A stretch of DNA of 64,000 bases from Pseudomonas sp. (GTDB lineage Bacteria > Pseudomonadota > Gammaproteobacteria > Pseudomonadales > Pseudomonadaceae), in assembly GCF_030683065.1 (NCBI RefSeq), contig NZ_JAUXMX010000034.1, positions 2,385-66,384 on the forward strand, written 5' to 3'. Position numbers and translations under genes: made by a program. The notes beneath the pieces were generated by a model, which ran no database searches, was not told where the DNA came from, and was given only the letters and a program-made list of their open reading frames with translations. Positions 28,507-37,218 of this stretch are shown one piece after another; positions within the stretch are counted from its first letter, which is position 1; each line of letters starts with the position of its first letter.

Positions 28507-28535
28507 GCCCAGGTCAAATCCTCCAAGGAGCCACC

Positions 28536-29507
28536 ATGACCGCTTGCAATCATTCACGTTGGGAACCTAACCACGACTACCGGCCGCTGGAAACCCGCAC
28601 CGAGCGTCAAGCCTGGCTGGTGGCGGCGCTGACCGGGGCGACCATGCTGGTGGAGATCACGGCAGGTTATGCCTACAACTCCATGGCCCTGCTCGCCGAT
28701 GGCTGGCACATGGCCTCGCACATGCTGGCTATCGGCCTGACAGCGCTGGCGTATCTGCTGGCGCGGCGTTATGCCCACGATCCGCGCTTCGCCTTTGGTA
28801 CCTGGAAGATCGAGGTGCTGGCCGGTTTCGCCAGTGCGCTGCTGTTGCTGGTGGTGGTGGCGATGCTGGCGTTCGAGTCGCTGCGGCGGCTGTGGCAGCC
28901 GCAAGTGATTGCCTTCGAGGTGGCGCTGTGGGTGGCGGTGGTCGGTCTGCTGGTCAATCTACTGTCAGCCTGGCTGCTGCGCGACCAGCATGCGCACGGC
29001 CATGCTCATGGCGATCACGATCACGATCACGATCACGATCACGATCACGATCACGATACGTCGGCGAAGGGGCGCGACCTCAATCGGCATGCCGCCTTTA
29101 TCCACGTGCTGGCCGATGCGCTGACCTCGGTGGCGGCGATCATTGCACTGCTTGGCGGCTTGCTATTGGGTTGGAGCTGGCTCGATCCGCTGATGGGCGT
29201 GATTGGTGCGGTGATCATCGCGCTATGGGCCAAAGGCCTGTTGCTCGAGACCGCCAAGGTGCTGCTCGATCGGGAGATGGATAACCCGATTGTGGCCCGT
29301 GTGCATAGCGCGTTGGCGCAGGAAGCAGACACCGAATTGGCTGATTTGCACCTGTGGCGGGTTGGTCGCGCGCAGTACGCCTGTATTGCCAGTGTGGTGA
29401 CCCATGGCGACATCTCGGCGGATCGCTACAAGGCCCGGCTGGCAAAGATTGGTGAGTTGGTGCACGTGACGATTGAAGTCAATCGCTGTGCCGAAGGCGA
29501 GCGGTGA
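28536..29507 (+). CDS. cation-diffusion-facilitator (CzcD/ZitB-like) divalent-metal efflux protein with His/Asp-rich loop
   Basis: Start at MTACNHSRW (ATG 28536, RBS AAGGAG), giving 323 aa. Six hydrophobic segments. Loop HAHGHAHGDHDHDHDHDHDHDHDT. CDF C-terminal domain. Confidence 0.88.
   Translation: MTACNHSRWEPNHDYRPLETRTERQAWLVAALTGATMLVEITAGYAYNSMALLADGWHMASHMLAIGLTALAYLLARRYAHDPRFAFGTWKIEVLAGFASALLLLVVVAMLAFESLRRLWQPQVIAFEVALWVAVVGLLVNLLSAWLLRDQHAHGHAHGDHDHDHDHDHDHDHDTSAKGRDLNRHAAFIHVLADALTSVAAIIALLGGLLLGWSWLDPLMGVIGAVIIALWAKGLLLETAKVLLDREMDNPIVARVHSALAQEADTELADLHLWRVGRAQYACIASVVTHGDISADRYKARLAKIGELVHVTIEVNRCAEGER
29013..29054 (+). repeat. (GATCAC)x7 perfect hexanucleotide tandem repeat inside the CDF gene
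   Basis: Seven uninterrupted GATCAC units encode (Asp-His)7. They are followed by GATACG. Confidence 0.95.
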
Positions 29508-29813
29508 TGGCGCGACTGAGGCGGGAATTTTTTGCTGGGTGCGAGGGGTGTGACTTCTGACTTTAACGGTGCCTTTGCAGCGTGCCAAGCGCTATATGGC
29601 GAGGTGAAAAATAAACGTGGGAGAAATAAAAAAAACATTCGCCTGTCATGATTTTTGGAGTATTAAAAAGACAGACCGCCGAACCCTGCAGACAGGTGGC
29701 GACCCTTCACCTCGCTTGCAACTGCTCAGCCCCGTCTGAGCAGGCGGTGGTCCCCGCGGCGGAACGCTGCTCAGGCATTCCGTCGCTTGGCTCCTATAAG
29801 AAGGTGACCGAGT

Positions 29814-31205
29814 ATGGACGACCACGGAAGCTTCAAGCCCACAGCTCCAACCCTCTACGCCCTCGACACCAATGTGTTGATTCATGACCCGAATGCGCTG
29901 CTGAATTTTCAGGAACACCACGTCGCCATCCCGATGACCGTTCTGGAGGAGTTGGACAAGCTGAAAACCGGCAAGCAGGGCGTCGCCGCCGAGTGCCGGC
30001 AGGCTATTCGTTTGATCGACAAGATCCTTGGTAGCGCGACACCCGAGGAAGTCGAGCATGGGGTCGCGATCCAGCGCGAGAAGAGCGGGCCTTGTGGTTT
30101 CCTCTCGATTCTCATGAGCAAAAGCGCCTCGCCGATTACCTGGCTGCCGGAGGATCTCAACGACAACAAGATCATCAACCAACTGGTCGAGCTGAAAGCC
30201 CGTCGGCCGGATATGTCCGTGGTGCTGGTGACCAAGGACATCAACATGCGCCTCAAGGCGCGCGCCTGCGGTATCGACTCGGAGGACTACCACACCGACC
30301 AACTGGTCGATGATGTGTCGCTGCTGTCCAAGGGTTATCACAGCATGAGCGGTTCCTTCTGGGATCGGGTGAGCAAGGTCGAGACCCGTCAGGACCACGG
30401 CCGCACCTGGCACCGGGTGCAACTGATCGACAACCTGCCGGCGGTGCACATCAACGAGTTCATCATCGACGAGCAGGGTTTCGTCGGCTGGATCAAGAGC
30501 ATTCAGATCGATGAATTGCTGATCCTCGATCTGCATCAGGAACCCTTGATGCACCAGGAGGCATGGGGCCTGCGGCCACGCGATATTCACCAGGCGCTGG
30601 CGCTGTTTGCCCTGCTCGACCCGGATATTCACCTGGTCAACCTGTCCGGCGCCGCCGGTTCGGGCAAGACCATCCTGGCCCTGGCGGCGGCCATCGAGCA
30701 GACCATGGTCAGCAAGCGCTACCGCAGGATTATCGCCACCCGCAGCGTGCAGGGTCTGGATCAGGAGATCGGCTTTCTGCCCGGCACCGAGGCGGAGAAG
30801 ATGGAGCCCTGGCTCGGCGCCATCACCGATAACCTTGAAGCCCTGCACATGGACGACGAGAACACCCACGGCAGCGTCGATTACATCCTGCAAAAGGTGC
30901 CGTTGCAGTTCAAATCCCTCAACTACATCCGCGGGCGTAGCTTCCAGCACAGCCTGATCCTGATCGACGAGTGCCAGAACCTCACCCCGCACCAGATGAA
31001 GACCATCATCACCCGTGCCGGTACCGGCTCTAAGGTGGTGTGCCTGGGGAACCTGGCGCAGATCGATACACCCTACCTGTCGGCGCCCAGCTCGGGCCTG
31101 ACCTACCTCACTGAGCGCTTCAAGGACTTCCCCCACGGCGTGCACATCACCTTGCAAGGGGTGCCGCGTTCGATCCTGGCGGAATTCGCCGAAACCCATA
31201 TGTAG
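29814..31205 (+). CDS. PIN-domain + PhoH-like ATPase (PhoH2/YlaK type)
   Basis: 463 aa. N-terminal PIN signature YALDTNVLIHDP. Walker A GAAGSGKT. PhoH-like C-terminal domain. Confidence 0.9.
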   Translation: MDDHGSFKPTAPTLYALDTNVLIHDPNALLNFQEHHVAIPMTVLEELDKLKTGKQGVAAECRQAIRLIDKILGSATPEEVEHGVAIQREKSGPCGFLSILMSKSASPITWLPEDLNDNKIINQLVELKARRPDMSVVLVTKDINMRLKARACGIDSEDYHTDQLVDDVSLLSKGYHSMSGSFWDRVSKVETRQDHGRTWHRVQLIDNLPAVHINEFIIDEQGFVGWIKSIQIDELLILDLHQEPLMHQEAWGLRPRDIHQALALFALLDPDIHLVNLSGAAGSGKTILALAAAIEQTMVSKRYRRIIATRSVQGLDQEIGFLPGTEAEKMEPWLGAITDNLEALHMDDENTHGSVDYILQKVPLQFKSLNYIRGRSFQHSLILIDECQNLTPHQMKTIITRAGTGSKVVCLGNLAQIDTPYLSAPSSGLTYLTERFKDFPHGVHITLQGVPRSILAEFAETHM

Positions 31206-31328
31206 GAGGAGTCACGCTGCAAGCCACAGGCTGCGAGTTGAATGCGCAGTGGGCCGGCTTGCAGCGTGCTGCTGCCATATCTTGACTGCTGGGTTTACAA
31301 TCGGCTGATCCCTGCCTGGAGTAAACCT

Positions 31329-31805
31329 GTGCTAACCCATCTCGATTCCCAAGGTCACGCCACCATGGTCGATGTCAGCGATAAAGCGCTGACGGTCCGT
31401 GAGGCTGTCGCGCAAGCCCTGGTGCGCATGCGCCCGCAGACCCTGCAAATGATTGTCGACGGCGCGCATCCCAAGGGCGACGTGTTTGCCGTGGCGCGTA
31501 TCGCCGGTATTCAGGCTGCCAAGAAGACCGCCGATCTGATCCCGCTCTGTCATTCGCTGATGTTGAGCAGCGTCAAGGTCGAGTTGCTCGCCCACGGCGA
31601 TGATGCCGTCCAAATCACCGCGCGCTGCAAGCTGAGCGGGCAGACCGGGGTCGAAATGGAAGCCCTGACCGCCGCCAGCGTCGCCGCCCTGACCATCTAT
31701 GACATGTGCAAGGCAGTAGACCGCGGTATGGTCATCGAAAGCGTGCGCCTGCTGGAGAAGCTGGGCGGTAAGAGTGGCCACTACAAGGCCGAGGACGATC
31801 AATGA
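31329..31805 (+). CDS. moaC: cyclic pyranopterin monophosphate synthase MoaC
   Basis: GTG 31329 with GGAG upstream gives (M)[25 protein letters not shown], matching the MoaC N-terminus. The upstream part of the track ORF is not conserved-looking. Confidence 0.9.
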   Translation: MLTHLDSQGHATMVDVSDKALTVREAVAQALVRMRPQTLQMIVDGAHPKGDVFAVARIAGIQAAKKTADLIPLCHSLMLSSVKVELLAHGDDAVQITARCKLSGQTGVEMEALTAASVAALTIYDMCKAVDRGMVIESVRLLEKLGGKSGHYKAEDDQ

Positions 31806-32050
31806 TACGCGTGCAGTATTTTGCCCGTTACCGCGAAGCGCTGGGCCTGGATGGCGAGCAACTGGGCGATACCCAGGCGCTCACTACCCTTGATGACCTG
31901 CGCCAGCACCTGCTGGCCCGCGGCGGCGTGTGGCACGTGTTGGCCGAGCAGAACCTGATGTGTGCGCGCAATCAGGAGCTGTGCAGCCTCGACGAGCCGC
32001 TGGAGGAGGGCGATGAGGTGGCGTTCTTTCCGACTGTGACTGGGGGCTGA
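31802..32050 (+). CDS. moaD: molybdopterin synthase sulfur-carrier subunit MoaD
   Basis: 82 aa ending in Gly-Gly. ATGA overlap with the moaC stop. Confidence 0.9.
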   Translation: MIRVQYFARYREALGLDGEQLGDTQALTTLDDLRQHLLARGGVWHVLAEQNLMCARNQELCSLDEPLEEGDEVAFFPTVTGG

Positions 32051-32192
32051 AAAATTATCCTCACAGCTACTGCGCGTGGGTTATTTCGGGTTGGGCGGTG
32101 CTCGAAATCCTCATGTACAGCTGTACATTCCGGTTTCTGTGCTCCGTCCGCCCCGAACTCACACACGCTCGCTACGCTTTGAGGACAATTTT
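32051..32192. repeat. 142-bp imperfect palindromic intergenic element (family member A) between moaD and moaE
   Basis: Arms are AAAATTATCCTCACAGCTACTGCGCGTG and CACACGCTCGCTACGCTTTGAGGACAATTTT. There is a perfect central palindrome ATGTACAGCTGTACAT (32113-32128). The arm-to-centre spacing of 55 nt is identical to element 11677-11825. Confidence 0.85.
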
Positions 32193-32194
32193 CT

Positions 32195-32650
32195 ATGACC
32201 ATTCGAGTGCAGGTCGAACCCTTCGATCCGGGGGTTGAAGTCAATGCGCTGCATGCGGCGAACGCGGGCGTAGGTGCGGTGGTCAGCTTTGTCGGCTATG
32301 TGCGCGATTTCAACGAGGGCCGCGCGGTCGGTGGCATGTTTCTCGAGCACTTCCCGGGCATGACCGAGAAGTCCCTGGCCAAGATCGCACTCGAGGCCGG
32401 TCAGCGCTGGCCGCTGCTCAACGTGCAGGTTATTCACCGCATCGGTCGCCTGGAACCGGGCGAGCCTATCGTCTTTGTCGGCACCACCAGCGCCCATCGC
32501 CAGGCCGCATTCGATGCCTGCGCCTTCGTCATGGATTACCTGAAGACGCGTGCGCCGTTCTGGAAAAAAGAAGACACGGCCGAGGGCTCTTGCTGGGTCG
32601 AAGGTCGCTGCAGTGATCAGGACGCAGCAGCCCGCTGGCACCAGTCATAG
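32195..32650 (+). CDS. moaE: molybdopterin synthase catalytic subunit MoaE
   Basis: 151 aa. SD GAGGA (32181-32185) lies inside the right arm of the palindromic element. Confidence 0.9.
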   Translation: MTIRVQVEPFDPGVEVNALHAANAGVGAVVSFVGYVRDFNEGRAVGGMFLEHFPGMTEKSLAKIALEAGQRWPLLNVQVIHRIGRLEPGEPIVFVGTTSAHRQAAFDACAFVMDYLKTRAPFWKKEDTAEGSCWVEGRCSDQDAAARWHQS

Positions 32651-32671
32651 CGGCTGCTGCCGGTCAGGCAT

Positions 32672-32836
32672 TCAAGCCAGTTCCCAATACACCTTCAGCA
32701 GGATGGGGGCGAACATCGACAGCATTCCAAGGCTGATCAGCCACACGCCCCACTCTTGATTTCTGTTGCTGAAGCCAATGACCAGCAGCGTAAAGCCAGT
32801 GACTACCAGCGCGATCATGATGTGGACTTCATCCAT
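32672..32836 (-). CDS. hypothetical small (54 aa) two-TM membrane protein
   Basis: ATG 32836 preceded by AGGAG. MDEVHIMIALVVTGFTLLVIGF...WLISLGMLSMFAPILL. The longer track ORF start lacks an RBS. Confidence 0.5.
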   Translation of the reverse strand: MDEVHIMIALVVTGFTLLVIGFSNRNQEWGVWLISLGMLSMFAPILLKVYWELA

Positions 32837-33037
32837 GGCTCGACTCCTGCGTAAGTTGATGAATGCTACGCGCAGTTTAGGCCGATGCAGCATTTTATGG
32901 CTGACTTGGGTCAGCGCTTGTGAGCATTTCGTGCGCTGTCGCGGCGCGGTCCTTTGACCCAGAAACCAGGCGTTGCAGTGCGCAGTTCACGTGGCTTGCG
33001 TGAATGGCATTGCGCATGAGCGCGCAGGGTTGCTCAC

Positions 33038-33409
33038 TCAGCCCGTGCGCCAGGTGATTTCCTCGACGCCGTCTGTGCTGATGCGCATCCAGCGGTCTGC
33101 CTGTTCGTCGTGTTCTTCTTCCTGCCAGCTACCGGGGGCGCAGCGCACTTCGACGCCAAGGGCGGCAAAAGCAGCGTTGGCGCACTCCAGGTCGTCATTC
33201 CAGGGGGTGGTAGCGCTTTCCAGGAAGAGGCTGTGCCATTTGCCGACAGCTTTCGGCAGCCAGGTCACCGACACATCGCCGGCCAGGCACTTGAAAGTCT
33301 GGCCTTTTTGCTGCCAAGGCGTACAAGCGCCGAGTGCTTCGCTCAACCAGGCTGCTATGGCATTGTGGTCGGCATCTTTTAGGTAAATCTCGATATCTGG
33401 TTGGCGCAT
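33038..33409 (-). CDS. conserved hypothetical protein (123 aa)
   Basis: Start chosen at MRQPDIEIYLKD (ATG 33409). The longer ORF would overlap rlmA. No domain recognised. Confidence 0.55.
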   Translation of the reverse strand: MRQPDIEIYLKDADHNAIAAWLSEALGACTPWQQKGQTFKCLAGDVSVTWLPKAVGKWHSLFLESATTPWNDDLECANAAFAALGVEVRCAPGSWQEEEHDEQADRWMRISTDGVEEITWRTG

Positions 33410-33482
33410 GGTAATTCTCTGTTTTCGGGGGCTGGGTAGGCCATTTGCATAAAAACGCGGTGTGGTCGAGCTCAGTCGTTTT

Positions 33483-34292
33483 TCAATGGCCTGTGCGCTC
33501 GATCCAATCGTAGCGTATGGCAACCGTCACCTCTAAAGGTTCGGCGATCACCGCGGCGCGCCGTTCGGCGCTGGCGCGCCAGCCGTGGGGCGTCATGGCC
33601 AGCAGGTCGGCGCGGGCCTCGCTGCTGTCCAGCTGCAGCGTGAAGGTCAGGGTTTCGCTGTGGGCCAGGCGCATGCCTTCGGGGATCAGTTCGAGGTGCT
33701 TCTGATCATCGTAATCGCGCACTTCGTCATACAATTTTTGCCGCAGTTCCATCAGGTGTTCGCGGGTCGGCCCCATGCGCAGCAGGCCGCCGCCGGGTGC
33801 GAGCAGGCGCTTGGCCTCTTGCCAGTCGAGCGGGCTGAAGACGCTGGCGAGCAGTTGGCAACTGGCATCGCTCAGCGGCACCCGGGCCATGCTGGCGACC
33901 AGCCAGGTCAGCTGCGGCGAGCGCTTGCAGCCACGCTTGATCGCCTCGCGAGAGATGTCCAGGGCATAGCCGTCCGCAGCGGGCAGGGCGTTGCCAATCT
34001 GTGCGGTGTAGTAACCCTCGCCGCAGCCGATATCCAGCCAGCGCGCGGGTGCGTACCCCTTGGCAAGTTCGGCCAGGCGCCTGGCCAGCGGCGCATAGTG
34101 GCCACCATCGAGAAAGCGTCGGCGGGCGTCGACCATGGCGGCGTTGTCGCCAGGGTCGCGACTGTTCTTGTGCTGCACCGGGAGCAGGTTCAGGTAGCCC
34201 TGGCGTGCGCGGTCGAAGCGATGTCCGGCCGGGCAGATCACGCCGTTATCGGCGGTGCTCAAGGCGCCTTGGCAGAGGGGGCAGGTCAGCAT
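33483..34292 (-). CDS. rlmA: 23S rRNA (guanine745-N1)-methyltransferase
   Basis: N-terminal Zn-finger [11 protein letters not shown]...CPAGHRFD and SAM motif LDIGCGEGYY. Confidence 0.85.
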   Translation of the reverse strand: MLTCPLCQGALSTADNGVICPAGHRFDRARQGYLNLLPVQHKNSRDPGDNAAMVDARRRFLDGGHYAPLARRLAELAKGYAPARWLDIGCGEGYYTAQIGNALPAADGYALDISREAIKRGCKRSPQLTWLVASMARVPLSDASCQLLASVFSPLDWQEAKRLLAPGGGLLRMGPTREHLMELRQKLYDEVRDYDDQKHLELIPEGMRLAHSETLTFTLQLDSSEARADLLAMTPHGWRASAERRAAVIAEPLEVTVAIRYDWIERTGH

Positions 34293-35446
34293 CAGGCGAG
34301 CAGCTTGACGAGGGTTTGATAGTAGATCTCGGTCAGTACGTCCAGATCACTGGCCAGTACCCGCTCGTTGATCTGGTGAATGGTGGCATTGACCGGGCCG
34401 AGTTCGACGACTTGGGTGCCGAGGGTGGCGATGAAGCGCCCGTCGGAGGTGCCACCGCTGGTCGATGGCTTGGTTTCGCGACCGGTCACGCTCTTGATGC
34501 TGGCGGCTACCGCGTCGAGCAGGGCGCCGGGTTCGGTGAGGAACGGCAGGCCGGACAGCGCCCAGTCCAGGTGGTAGTCCAGGCCGTGCTTACCGAGGAT
34601 CGCCTCGACGCGCTGCTGCAGGCCTTCGACGGTGGATTCGGTGGAGAAGCGGAAGTTGAAGACCGCTTTCAGTTCGCCAGGGATAACGTTGGTCGCCCCG
34701 GTGCCGGCGTTAAGGTTGGAAATCTGGAAGCTGGTGGGCGGGAAGAAGGCGTTGCCGTCGTCCCAGTGCTCGACGGTCAGTTCAGCCAGGGCCGGGGCGG
34801 CCAGGTGAATCGGGTTGCTGGCCAGGTGCGGATAGGCCACATGGCCCTGCTTGCCGCGCACGGTCAGGGTGCAGCCAAGGGAGCCGCGGCGGCCGTTCTT
34901 GACCACGTCGCCCACCAGGGTGGTGCTCGACGGCTCGCCGACGATGCACCAGTCCAGGCGCTCGTTGCGTGCGCGCAGGCGCTCGACCACTGCCCTGGTG
35001 CCATGCTGGGCCGGGCCTTCTTCGTCACTGGTGATCAGAAAGGCGATGCGGCCCTTGTGTTTCGGGTACTCGGCGACAAAGCGCTCGACGGCGATAATCA
35101 TCGACGCCAGGCTGCCTTTCATGTCGGCGGCGCCACGTCCGCAGAGCATGCCCTGTTCGTCGATCAAGGCGTCGAACGGTTGGTGCTGCCAGGCCTGCAG
35201 CGGCCCGGTCGGCACCACGTCGGTATGCCCGGCGAAGCACAGTACCGGCCCGTCCTGCTGGCCGTGGCTGGCCCAGAAATTATCCACTTCCTCGATGCGC
35301 ATGGCTTCAATCTGGAAGCCCAGGGCAGCGAGGCGGCGCATCATCAGTTCCTGACAGCCTTCGTCGACCGGGGTTACGGAGGGGCGGCGAATCAGCTCGC
35401 AGGCGAGTTCCAGGGTGGGCGTCAGGGTCAGGGCGGGGGCAGTCAT
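34292..35446 (-). CDS. dapE: succinyl-diaminopimelate desuccinylase
   Basis: 384-aa M20 peptidase with DapE-typical motifs (GHTDVVP, ITSDEEG). Confidence 0.92.
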   Translation of the reverse strand: MTAPALTLTPTLELACELIRRPSVTPVDEGCQELMMRRLAALGFQIEAMRIEEVDNFWASHGQQDGPVLCFAGHTDVVPTGPLQAWQHQPFDALIDEQGMLCGRGAADMKGSLASMIIAVERFVAEYPKHKGRIAFLITSDEEGPAQHGTRAVVERLRARNERLDWCIVGEPSSTTLVGDVVKNGRRGSLGCTLTVRGKQGHVAYPHLASNPIHLAAPALAELTVEHWDDGNAFFPPTSFQISNLNAGTGATNVIPGELKAVFNFRFSTESTVEGLQQRVEAILGKHGLDYHLDWALSGLPFLTEPGALLDAVAASIKSVTGRETKPSTSGGTSDGRFIATLGTQVVELGPVNATIHQINERVLASDLDVLTEIYYQTLVKLLA

Positions 35447-35496
35447 TACGGCTCCAGGGCGGCGTCAAGCGGAAAGGCCGCCATATTAACAGACCA

Positions 35497-35592
35497 CTGA
35501 AAAACTACTGCGCTTGGCTATGCGTCGCTGCAGCTCGGCGCAGTCCGCAACGCTGCGTAACCGTTACCGATAAGGCGCAGTGGCAGGTTGAG
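35497..35592. repeat. probable shorter, degenerate member of the palindromic element family
   Basis: The left arm CTGAAAAACTACTGCGCTTGGCTATGCGTCGCTGCAG closely resembles the left arm of element 11677-11825 (TTGAAAAACTACCTGCGTTGCCATCGCTGCG). The right arm ...AAGGCGCAGTGGCAGGTTGAGG only partly mirrors it. Confidence 0.4.
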
Positions 35593-35700
35593 GATGCCGG
35601 GGGCGCCAATTGAGTAGTTGAGCCCAATCGGTGCTTGGGAACGGCCGGCGAGCTTTCTATAATGCGCGCCTGCCCGTGTTCCGGGTGCTGAGGTGATGAG

Positions 35701-36504
35701 ATGACGATCGACGAACAACGCTTTGCTGGAATCGCACGCCTGTACGGTCGCGAGGGTGCCGGGCGCCTGGCTGCGGCGCACGTCGCGGTGGTCGGCATCG
35801 GCGGTGTTGGTTCCTGGGCGGCCGAGGCGCTGGCGCGTTCGGGGGTCGGCGAGATCTCGTTGTTCGACCTGGACGATGTCTGCGTGAGTAATACCAATCG
35901 GCAGATCCAGGCGCTGGACAATACGGTCGGGCAGGCCAAGGTCGACGTCATGGCTGCGCGCATCCGTGCGATCAACCCCGCCTGCGTGGTCCACGCAGTG
36001 GCAGATTTCGTTACCCGCGAGACCATGGCCGAGTACATCACCGAGCAACTCGATGCGGTGATCGATTGCATCGACAGCGTAAACGCCAAGGCGGCGCTGA
36101 TCTCATGGTGCAAGCGGCGCAAGATCCAGGTGGTCACCACTGGCGGCGCCGGCGGGCAGATCGACCCGACGCAGATCCAGGTCGGTGACCTGAACAAGAC
36201 CTGGAACGATCCGCTGGCCTCAAAAGTGCGCTCGACCCTGCGCCGCGATTACAACTTCTCGCGCACGCCGGGGCGCAACTACAGCGTGCCCTGCGTGTTT
36301 TCCACCGAGCAGCTGCGCTACCCGAAACCGGACGGCAGCGTATGCCAGTACAAGGGTTTCGTCGGCGAAGGGGTCAAGCTCGACTGCGCCGGTGGTTTTG
36401 GCGCGGCGATGATGGTCACCGCCAGCTTCGGCATGGTTGCTGTAGCCAAGACCGTGGAAAAGCTGGTGGCCGGTGTCCGCAGGCCAGCCGAGCGAAGCCA
36501 ATAA
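35701..36504 (+). CDS. tcdA: tRNA threonylcarbamoyladenosine dehydratase (ThiF/E1-like, CsdL)
   Basis: 267 aa. Rossmann motif VVGIGGVGSWAAEALARSGVG. Convergent with csdE, as I recall for the E. coli csdA-csdE / tcdA locus. Confidence 0.85.
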   Translation: MTIDEQRFAGIARLYGREGAGRLAAAHVAVVGIGGVGSWAAEALARSGVGEISLFDLDDVCVSNTNRQIQALDNTVGQAKVDVMAARIRAINPACVVHAVADFVTRETMAEYITEQLDAVIDCIDSVNAKAALISWCKRRKIQVVTTGGAGGQIDPTQIQVGDLNKTWNDPLASKVRSTLRRDYNFSRTPGRNYSVPCVFSTEQLRYPKPDGSVCQYKGFVGEGVKLDCAGGFGAAMMVTASFGMVAVAKTVEKLVAGVRRPAERSQ

Positions 36505-36633
36505 GGGTTGGGCGGGGTAGGGTGCGCCGCGCGCAGATGGTTGTTGATGCGTACAGCCAGCGGTCTTGATCCTTACGCGCCCCGGCTGTGCGACAGCGCG
36601 GGGTCGTAGGCGAGGCGCTACCTGCTACGGCAT

Positions 36634-37044
36634 CTAAGCGTCGCTGGCCAGCTCATGCATGCGCCGCAGCACGGCATTCAGGCCATTGCTGCGTGATGGC
36701 GAGAGCTGGCGCGCCAGACCCAGTTGGTCGAGCCAGTCGGTCAGGTCGACGTCGGCCCGTTGTGCGTTGCTCAGGCCGTTGACCCGTGCCAGTAGCAGTG
36801 CCAGCAGGCCGCGCAGCAGGCGTGCATCGCTGCTGGCGCGAAACTGCCAGCACTGCTCGATGTGTTCGGCGACCAGCCAGACCTGACTTTCGCAGCCCGG
36901 TACACGATTGGCCGCGCAGCGCTCCTCCTCACTCAGGCCGGGCAGGCGCTCGCCCCACTGCATAAGCAAGCGCGCACGCTGTTCCCAGCCGGTGCATTGG
37001 TCGAAGGCGGCGAGGGCTTGCTGGGCAGCAACGGGTAGGCTCAT
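36634..37044 (-). CDS. csdE: SufE-family sulfur acceptor (CsdE-like)
   Basis: 136 aa with the conserved Cys loop RVPGCESQVW. Confidence 0.8.
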   Translation of the reverse strand: MSLPVAAQQALAAFDQCTGWEQRARLLMQWGERLPGLSEEERCAANRVPGCESQVWLVAEHIEQCWQFRASSDARLLRGLLALLLARVNGLSNAQRADVDLTDWLDQLGLARQLSPSRSNGLNAVLRRMHELASDA

Positions 37045-37190
37045 CGCTGCAGCTCCAGGGCCTGATCCTGGGCATCGAGCATGGCCTGGAGTTTTTGTGC
37101 GGTGGCGGCGCTGTCCAGATAGGTCTGGTCTTCACCGTCGAGGGCCAGGATGCCGGGAAAGCCGCGACGCCAGGGGGAGGGCAAAGACAT
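37041..37190 (-). pseudogene. csdA: 49-codon remnant of a class-II cysteine desulfurase (csdA) gene
   Basis: Hand translation of the minus strand gives MSLPSPWRRGFPGILALDGEDQTYLDSAATAQKLQAMLDAQDQALELQR*. The segment FP..L.....YLDSAATAQK...LDA is the typical CsdA/SufS N-terminus. The stop TGA overlaps the csdE ATG (ATGA). It is too short to appear in the ORF track. Confidence 0.65.
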
Positions 37191-37218
37191 TGCAGGATTC
37201 CTGCGGGTGACGAGAACC

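Noticed and set aside
27434-28535. Long N-terminal extensions of the yaaA (to 28414) and CDF (from 28359) track ORFs, which would overlap each other
   Set aside because: Both families have well-defined N-termini ([13 protein letters not shown] for YaaA; the start preceded by AAGGAG for the CDF gene). The extensions are non-protein-like and mutually overlapping.
29013-29054. Tandem GATCAC repeats considered as a possible CRISPR or other non-coding array
   Set aside because: The units are 6 nt with no spacers, lie in frame inside a CDF gene, and encode Asp-His pairs. This is a coding microsatellite, not a CRISPR array.
29646-31199. 517-codon ORF on the minus strand covering the whole PIN-PhoH gene
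   Set aside because: It is exactly antisense to a gene with clear PIN and Walker motifs. Its composition (V/L/G/D/Q/H-rich) is the typical shadow of a high-GC coding strand, where antisense stop codons are rare. No motif or RBS was recognised.
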